From Hyalangium minutum (GTDB taxonomy: Bacteria > Myxococcota > Myxococcia > Myxococcales > Myxococcaceae), in NCBI RefSeq assembly GCF_000737315.1, contig NZ_JMCB01000009.1, positions 186,001 through 250,000 of the forward strand: a stretch of 64,000 bases of DNA. The letters run 5' to 3'. The position numbers and the translations under genes are program-made. The notes beneath the pieces are model-generated. The model ran no database searches and was not told the DNA's origin. It saw nothing but the letters and a program-made list of their open reading frames with translations. Below, piece by piece: positions 9,295 to 15,364 of the stretch (the first letter of the stretch is position 1; every line of letters starts with the position of its first letter).

Positions 9295-10635
9295 TCACAG
9301 ACGGCCGTGGGGAACCCGTCCCTGCTTCAGCGCCTCCACCTGCATGAAGGTGAAGGGTTGATCGTAGAGCACCCGGTCCTGCTGCCGCGTCCGGAAGAGA
9401 TCGACGATGAGGTTCATCCGATCCCCCAGGTCGCCCCAGTCCCTCGCCGCGCTCCCCGCCGTATCGTTCGGTGTTCGGTCCAGCGTCGCCATCAGCGAGA
9501 CGAGCTCCGGGTGCCCCAAGCGCGCGAGCGTGGGCGGGAAGTCCCGCTCGGCGTTCAGCGCCGGGATGTCCTCCCCGAGCCGCAGCGTCACATCCGGCAG
9601 CTCCAGCCGCATCAGCGATCGCGTCATCAGCTCCCGCCACAGCCGCTCCAGCTTGCCGGCGAGCGGACTGAAGGCGGCCTTCAGCGACATCTCGTGAAAC
9701 GGGCTCCCCTTGCGCGCCGACGTCACCCCCATCAGCTCCACCACCTGATCGAGGACCACCTGCCGCAGCGGCGCATGCAGCGCGCCCAGGATCGGCCCCT
9801 GGAGCCGGGTCTGCTCGTGGTAGCCCACCAGCGCGTTGGCCAGGAAGATGCGCTCGGCCCGCGCCTTGGTGTCCTGCTCGAACATGGCCTCGTAGGAGTG
9901 GGTAAAGGCCCGGATCAGCAGATCCTGTCCCTCACGAGACACTGGCCCCCGCGAGAGCCTGCCCAGGAACCGATCCAGCGTCGCCTGCTCGTACTGCTCG
10001 CTGTCCGAGAAGTGCTCGATCATGGCCACGAACAGTGGCGCGAGCTCCTCGAAGACCAGGAGATTGCCCCGAGCGACGTGCCGGGCCACCTCGTCCGCGA
10101 TCTGCTGGATGGCCCGCGTGAGCACCGTCTGGATGCCGAAGGGCGCCGCCCACGAGCCCAGCAACTCCGCCTGCAGCCCTCCCACGCTCCGCGTGAGCGA
10201 GTCCGCGCGGTCCAGCATCTCCCGGCTCAGAGAGGGCACCACCTCCTTGCGGATGAAGAACCCGGCCGTCTTCGAGGCCCACGTGGCGTGCGCGCACCAG
10301 GAGACGTTTTCCTCCCCGAGCAAGTCCGTCAGGGCGGTTGTCAGGACATGGTACGTGTGTGTGATGTGGAGGTTGCGCAGGACCGGGTCGGTCATGCGAA
10401 GAATCGCCTCGATCTCCGACGCCGTGGGGACCGGCCAGAAACGAGGCAGCGTGCCCCTCACCACCACGAGCCGCTCCGCCGCCAGCGAAGGAGCCGAGAC
10501 CCGGGTCCCCGTCCTCGGTCGCGCGGTGCGGCCCGAGCGCCCCCTCTGCGCACGCCCCGATCGGGGTGTGCCCGAGGGCCTCCCAGGGCTCTGCCGTGAC
10601 GATCGCCGGGGTCCCATTGCCCGCTCCTTGCCCAT
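9295..10635 (-). CDS. Hypothetical protein (possibly DUF2515-like)
   Basis: Strong GC3 bias and conserved-looking motifs NLHITHTYH, WCAHATWASKTAG, HEQTRLQ. The R/P-rich N-terminus may be an over-extension. Confidence 0.6.
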   Translation of the reverse strand: MGKERAMGPRRSSRQSPGRPSGTPRSGRAQRGRSGRTARPRTGTRVSAPSLAAERLVVVRGTLPRFWPVPTASEIEAILRMTDPVLRNLHITHTYHVLTTALTDLLGEENVSWCAHATWASKTAGFFIRKEVVPSLSREMLDRADSLTRSVGGLQAELLGSWAAPFGIQTVLTRAIQQIADEVARHVARGNLLVFEELAPLFVAMIEHFSDSEQYEQATLDRFLGRLSRGPVSREGQDLLIRAFTHSYEAMFEQDTKARAERIFLANALVGYHEQTRLQGPILGALHAPLRQVVLDQVVELMGVTSARKGSPFHEMSLKAAFSPLAGKLERLWRELMTRSLMRLELPDVTLRLGEDIPALNAERDFPPTLARLGHPELVSLMATLDRTPNDTAGSAARDWGDLGDRMNLIVDLFRTRQQDRVLYDQPFTFMQVEALKQGRVPHGRL

Positions 10636-10683
10636 GGGAGGCAGCGACCCGTGAGGCGAGCGCCTGCCTGATCCCCTGCTGGA

Positions 10684-12486
10684 TCAGACGATGCGGAACA
10701 CCCGCCCTGTGGGCACGAAGGGCAGGTGCCGCCCCTGCGGCAGCAGGAAGGCGTGCTCGCGCCGGAGCTGAAGCCGGTCGCACTCTCCATCCGTGATGAT
10801 GAGGATGGGCCCCTGTTTCGGGAAGTCCTCGGCTCGCTCCAAGAGATCGATCCCTGGCTGGAGGACCGTGCCACCTCGGCCGCGCACCCGCACCCGCTCG
10901 GCGATGGCCTCGGGTGCGACATAGCCTTCGTCGTACGCCACTGCGTCACAGAAGACGAGCCGCACCCGGGACACGTCCCGCGCCAAGCTGTAGCTCGCGA
11001 TGGCCCCGAGCGCCTTGGCCAGCAGCTTGCGGTCCATGGAGCCTGACGTGTCCAGCACCACCCCGAAGGTTCTCCCCTCCTGGGATTCCTCCCGAGGCAC
11101 CCACAGCGGCCGAGGAATGTCAGGGGTGGCCGACTGGCGCCGGCTGAGCCGTGTGTACGTCCGCCGCTTCTCCAGCGGGGAGAAGTGCGCGTCGAACCAC
11201 TGCGCCAACTCCACGTCCCATGGAATGGGCGGCTGATCCAGTGCGCGGATCTCCTCCACCAGGCCCGCAGGCAGGAAGCCCCGGCCCTCGGACTGGTGGT
11301 ACGCGAGTCCCTGCGACAAGCAGCGCCGGTAGAAGGCATCGAGCGTCATGCCATCGCCGTGCAGCCACCACTCGGGAGTGGTCCCGTCCAGCATGTCCCC
11401 GAGCCCGTAGCCGCGCAGCGTGGCCAGCTTCCGGTAGCGGCGCACGTCCGTGACAATCCGATCGTAGATGGCCTCCGCAGACAGCCCCTTGAGCTCGGGA
11501 TCGTAGAGGACGCCGAAGCTCGGCAGCTCGCCGACGCCCATCTCCACCAGCCAGCCGTTCACCACGTAGTCGCAGGCGACGTTCCACAGATAGGGATCCC
11601 GCCCCTGGCGGCGTGACTGGTGACGCAGGCCCACGTGAAGCAGTTCGTGCGCGATGACGAAGCGAGCGCTGCCCTCGTACAGCCCGGCCGAGGGGTTCAC
11701 GTAGATCTCCCGCGCCTCCTCGTCCACCGCCGCCACGGTGATCTGCATCCGCTGACAGACCAGCGGATCCTCCACCAGAGTGAAGTGCGCCGCGAGCGAG
11801 CCGAGCAGGGGGAACCGGGAGATGAACCACGAGCGCGCCCGCGAGGCCTCCGTGTGCACGCGCTCGCGCGGACTCATGGACTGCCGCAGCCCCGCAGCCA
11901 GCTCCACCGCCGAGTCCACCGCCTGCACGAGCCCCTGGGCCAGCAGCTTCTCCCAGTCCTGCTCCTGGCGGGTACTGGCCATTCCCACATCGACCATGTC
12001 GTAAGAGTTCGGGCCCGCCGCCCCGCAGCCCGCCAGCTTGGGAGGAATGCCGTCGCGAACGAAGCTCTCGTACAACCGCTCCTCGCTCTTGGAGCCGAAG
12101 TCCAGCTCCACCAGCATGTCCTCCGGCGGACGTCCAAACTTCAGATCCTTCAGGAAGCGCGCCACGAAGCAGTCGCACGCCGTCTGCCAAGCCACGGGCT
12201 CGGGGACGAGCTTGAAGTGGCCCAGTCCCAGGTGCAGCAGGCAGTGGGCGATGACGTAGGCCCACTCCTCCACCGAGCCGCGCCGCTTGGGATGCGCGTA
12301 GAGGACTCCGCCCGGGCCCACCACCATCCACCCGTTGGGCGGATACGGCGTGCTCTCGCGCCGGTACACAGCCGCACGCCACATCAGCGGGCCGAAGATG
12401 GGGTGGGCGCGCACCGTGCCGACGGCCTGCTCGAAGGCCTCAGTGGCGGGATCTCCTCCGCGCTTCTTGTCCTCCTTACGCGCCAT
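10684..12486 (-). CDS. DUF2201-type metallopeptidase + vWA protein with duplicated peptidase module
   Basis: AHCLLH and AHELLH motifs, each followed by an ACD motif; MIDAS VLDTSGSM, GGT and ITDG; overlaps the upstream ATPase by 11 bp. Confidence 0.85.
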   Translation of the reverse strand: MARKEDKKRGGDPATEAFEQAVGTVRAHPIFGPLMWRAAVYRRESTPYPPNGWMVVGPGGVLYAHPKRRGSVEEWAYVIAHCLLHLGLGHFKLVPEPVAWQTACDCFVARFLKDLKFGRPPEDMLVELDFGSKSEERLYESFVRDGIPPKLAGCGAAGPNSYDMVDVGMASTRQEQDWEKLLAQGLVQAVDSAVELAAGLRQSMSPRERVHTEASRARSWFISRFPLLGSLAAHFTLVEDPLVCQRMQITVAAVDEEAREIYVNPSAGLYEGSARFVIAHELLHVGLRHQSRRQGRDPYLWNVACDYVVNGWLVEMGVGELPSFGVLYDPELKGLSAEAIYDRIVTDVRRYRKLATLRGYGLGDMLDGTTPEWWLHGDGMTLDAFYRRCLSQGLAYHQSEGRGFLPAGLVEEIRALDQPPIPWDVELAQWFDAHFSPLEKRRTYTRLSRRQSATPDIPRPLWVPREESQEGRTFGVVLDTSGSMDRKLLAKALGAIASYSLARDVSRVRLVFCDAVAYDEGYVAPEAIAERVRVRGRGGTVLQPGIDLLERAEDFPKQGPILIITDGECDRLQLRREHAFLLPQGRHLPFVPTGRVFRIV

Positions 12487-13537
12487 CCTTGCGCTCCACC
12501 AGCCGAGGCAGATCGCGCACGATCTCCAGCAGCAGCCAATCCGGCAGCCCCTCGCCGTCCTGCCGTGCCACCACCATCTGCGCCATCTCGAAGCTGATGG
12601 CCGCCAGGTTCTTGATCAGCGCCTTGGCCCGGTGCGCCAGCTCGCGGTGGTGCTCAGCGAGCGCCTCGCGCGTACGCGGCAGCTCCTTGATGAGCTGGGC
12701 CCGCAGCGACTGCGAGAGGAAGTAGAGGACATCCCGATCCTCGGGCGCGTGGGGCCAGCCCATCTCGCCCCGGAGGATGGCGTTGAGCCGATACTTGCTG
12801 CGCGCCTGCTTCACGAACGCCTTGAACTGCCCCGCGTGCACGGGCGAGAGGCACCCGTAAGCCAGCACCTCCAGCGTGGCGTCCGGCACGTCCCCGCCAT
12901 ACTCCTTGAGGGCGTCGCTGAGCATGTGCCACGAGCGCGGCGTGGAGAACGGCTCCTCGTGCTTGGGAGGATTGCTCCAGAGGTGGTCTGGCCGCAGGCG
13001 GATGTAGTCGAGCACCATCGGGTGGAGTTCGGCCTGATGCGCCCACTCCAGCCAGTCTTGGTGCGAGGCCTGGAGCTGCACGTGGATCATCCGGTTGATG
13101 AGCGCCGAGGACATGGGCTTGACGATCGCGCTGTCCTGCGCCCGGTTGCCCGCGCCGATGACGATGGAGCCCGGGGGCAGCTCGTACTCGCCGATGCGCC
13201 GCTCGTGGATGAGGCTGTAGAAGGCCTTCTGCACCTCGTGCGAGCAGGCGTTCAGCTCGTCCAGGAAGAGGCAGTAGGGCTCACTGCGGGCAATCATCGT
13301 GGGCGGGCAGAAGCGGCTCTTGCCGTCGACGATCTGCGGCACACCGATGAGGTCCTCGGGCGCGAGCTGGCTGCCCAGCAACGACACGCACGGCAGCCCC
13401 ACCTGCTTGGCGAACTGCTGGACGATGGAGGACTTGCCGATGCCCGGTGGCCCCCAGATGAACACCGGCCGGATGACTGCGACGTGGAGGAGATACTCGG
13501 CCAGCGACTTCTGGGTCAGCGTCTGGACAGCGTTCAC
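12476..13537 (-). CDS. MoxR/dynein-related AAA+ ATPase
   Basis: Walker A GPPGIGKS, Walker B LFLDE, AGNRAQD, SALINR; GTG start with AGGAG RBS. Confidence 0.9.
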   Translation of the reverse strand: MNAVQTLTQKSLAEYLLHVAVIRPVFIWGPPGIGKSSIVQQFAKQVGLPCVSLLGSQLAPEDLIGVPQIVDGKSRFCPPTMIARSEPYCLFLDELNACSHEVQKAFYSLIHERRIGEYELPPGSIVIGAGNRAQDSAIVKPMSSALINRMIHVQLQASHQDWLEWAHQAELHPMVLDYIRLRPDHLWSNPPKHEEPFSTPRSWHMLSDALKEYGGDVPDATLEVLAYGCLSPVHAGQFKAFVKQARSKYRLNAILRGEMGWPHAPEDRDVLYFLSQSLRAQLIKELPRTREALAEHHRELAHRAKALIKNLAAISFEMAQMVVARQDGEGLPDWLLLEIVRDLPRLVERKDGA

Positions 13538-13612
13538 TCGGGAGTGCTCCTGGTGCCGTGGGCTCCGGAGGCCCCATGACGACAGGAGTGCGGACTTCTG
13601 ACAATCCCCGGG

Positions 13613-13711
13613 TCAGACCTTCAGGCCCGACCGGAATCGCCTCAGCACCGGCCCCAGCTCGCTCCCGGCGTTCACCTTCCACATCAGCAGCTCGGGAGGA
13701 GGCCGCGTCAT
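13613..13711 (-). CDS. Putative 32-aa ORF coupled to the RT stop (MTRPPPELLMWKVNAGSELGPVLRRFRSGLKV)
   Basis: ATGA overlap with the RT stop codon (13711-13708); mostly G/C-ending codons. Could be a remnant or spurious. Confidence 0.35.
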   Translation of the reverse strand: MTRPPPELLMWKVNAGSELGPVLRRFRSGLKV

Positions 13712-15123
13712 TCGCCCAGCAGCTCCTTCACCTCGCGCTGCCAGCGCTCGCCCAGCTCCGGGTGCACCATCTTCACGTACGCTGCGTAGCCTCGCAGCCA
13801 GCCCGAGAAGTCCTTGCGGCCCCGCGACTGGGACTCCACGCCGTGCTTGCGGCAGTTGTTCAGGATCGCCTTGAACCGGCGGCGCTCCTCGCGAGGAATG
13901 GACACCTGCTCGTTCACCGTCAGGCCCGTCACCCTCTGGCGCGAGTTCTTGCGCATCACCCGCCGCTTCGGCGCGTTCTCCAGGAAGCCCTCCTGCTGGA
14001 GGATGGCGTTCACCCACCACAGGAAGCGCCCCAGCTTCTCGGGCGGCTTCTCGAAGGAGAAGGACAGGTCATCCGCGTAGCGCGTGTAAGTGGCACCCGC
14101 CTTCTTCGCCAACGCCGTGAGCCGAGCGTCCATGCGCCGGCACACCAGGTTTGCGATCGCCGGAGACGTGGGCGCTCCCTGCGGCAGTGCTCCCGGCCAC
14201 ACCACTGTCCCATCCGGCAGCTTCGGCCGGTGCGTGGAGAGCCCCGCCAGCGTGCGGGCCACCTCGTCACCGTAGCCGTGCGCCTGGAACAGACCCTTCA
14301 CGCGCCGGTAGTGCACCGTGGGGAAGAAGTCCTCCAGATCCACGCGCACCACCACCGTGGCGCCCGTGTGCGGCTCGGCGTTGCTCACCGTGGAGCGCCC
14401 CTTCACGAAGCCGTGCGCGGCGTCGTGCGTGGGCATCTGCTCCAGGATCTTCTCGAGGATGGCGCGCTGCACCTCCTTGAGCTTCGCCCGAGGCGCCGAG
14501 ATGCGGCGCACCCCGCCCGAGCGCTTGGGCACCTCGAACTCCACGTACCCCGAGCCCGCCTCCGTGCCCGGCCGCATCAGCGCGGCGAGCTCCTCCTCTT
14601 GCACGCCCACCAGCTCCGCCACATCCTTCCGGGTGGACAGCTTGGGCAGCTTGCCCTTCAAGGGAGGCTGCTTCTTGGGGCGCCCTCCCCAGCGCATGGG
14701 GAGACCGAAGTTCCAGCCCGTGGGGTTCCAGCCGCCGCGGGACTGGGGCGTCGGGTGGCGCGGCGGCTTGAAGCGACGGTCCGGCGGCGCCACATCCGCC
14801 AGCCCCAGCTTGTGCACCGCGGCCCGCGCCGCTCCCGCCACCTGCTTGTCAGGGTCCTTCACCAACCGGCGCAGCTGCGCCGAGGCCGTTGCCCGCGCGA
14901 AGAGCAGCGGGATCTGCTGCGTGCCCTGGTGCCGCTCGCGCGGGTCCACGCTGCGCAGCATGCGCCCCACCGGCGCCAGCCACTGGCGGCTCACGTAGAA
15001 GCGCGCCACCTCGTACTCGGCCAGATTCTGGTGCTGCTCCAGCAGCGCGGTGATGCGCTTGAAGTTCGCTTCAGGGTCCGCCATCAGGGGCTTCAGCTCG
15101 AGGAGGAGGCCCACCAGGTCCAT
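13708..15123 (-). CDS. Retron-type reverse transcriptase with N-terminal HEAT-like helical extension
   Basis: Region X NAEPH, DLEDFFP, LPQGAPTSP, YADD, region Y VTG (RVTGLTV). Start placed at ATG 15123 (alternative 15129) downstream of GGAG. The longer ORF from 15504 runs through the ncRNA. Confidence 0.92.
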   Translation of the reverse strand: MDLVGLLLELKPLMADPEANFKRITALLEQHQNLAEYEVARFYVSRQWLAPVGRMLRSVDPRERHQGTQQIPLLFARATASAQLRRLVKDPDKQVAGAARAAVHKLGLADVAPPDRRFKPPRHPTPQSRGGWNPTGWNFGLPMRWGGRPKKQPPLKGKLPKLSTRKDVAELVGVQEEELAALMRPGTEAGSGYVEFEVPKRSGGVRRISAPRAKLKEVQRAILEKILEQMPTHDAAHGFVKGRSTVSNAEPHTGATVVVRVDLEDFFPTVHYRRVKGLFQAHGYGDEVARTLAGLSTHRPKLPDGTVVWPGALPQGAPTSPAIANLVCRRMDARLTALAKKAGATYTRYADDLSFSFEKPPEKLGRFLWWVNAILQQEGFLENAPKRRVMRKNSRQRVTGLTVNEQVSIPREERRRFKAILNNCRKHGVESQSRGRKDFSGWLRGYAAYVKMVHPELGERWQREVKELLGE

Positions 15124-15167
15124 TCCCATGCTCTCCCGGGGCTGCGGCCCCGCGCGTCGAAACCACT

Positions 15168-15326
15168 GCGCTCCTGGGGCCGCCGCCACCTGCACGGCAG
15201 ATGCACGAGTGGTCAGGGAAGCCCGCAAGGCGGACCACGCGCTGCGTCGTTCTTCAATGGGTATCGCTGGCAGCCGCGACGTGACATCGCGGACGGAAGG
15301 CTGGCTGCACGCGACCCCAGGAGCAC
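15168..15326 (-). ncRNA. Retron msr-msd non-coding RNA
   Basis: Transcript 5' arm GUGCUCCUGGGGUCGC (15326-15311) pairs with 3' arm GCGGCCCCAGGAGCGC (15183-15168): 16 bp including 2 G-U pairs. First unpaired base is G15310. Internal hairpins CCGCGAUG-UCA-CGUCGCGG, GUGGUC...GACCAC and CAUCUGC-CGU-GCAGGUG. Lies 45 nt upstream of the RT start. Confidence 0.8.
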
Positions 15327-15364
15327 TGTTGACTCCAGCACATTCGATTCCCAGAGGGAAGCAT

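Noticed and set aside
865-15123. Diversity-generating retroelement (RT plus duplicated receiver as TR/VR)
   Set aside because: Differences between the receiver copies are not adenine-specific, and the RT has retron motifs (NAxxH, VTG) with an msr-msd.
13708-15123. Group II intron
   Set aside because: No maturase/endonuclease region, no interrupted host gene and no intron boundary or domain V sequence recognised.
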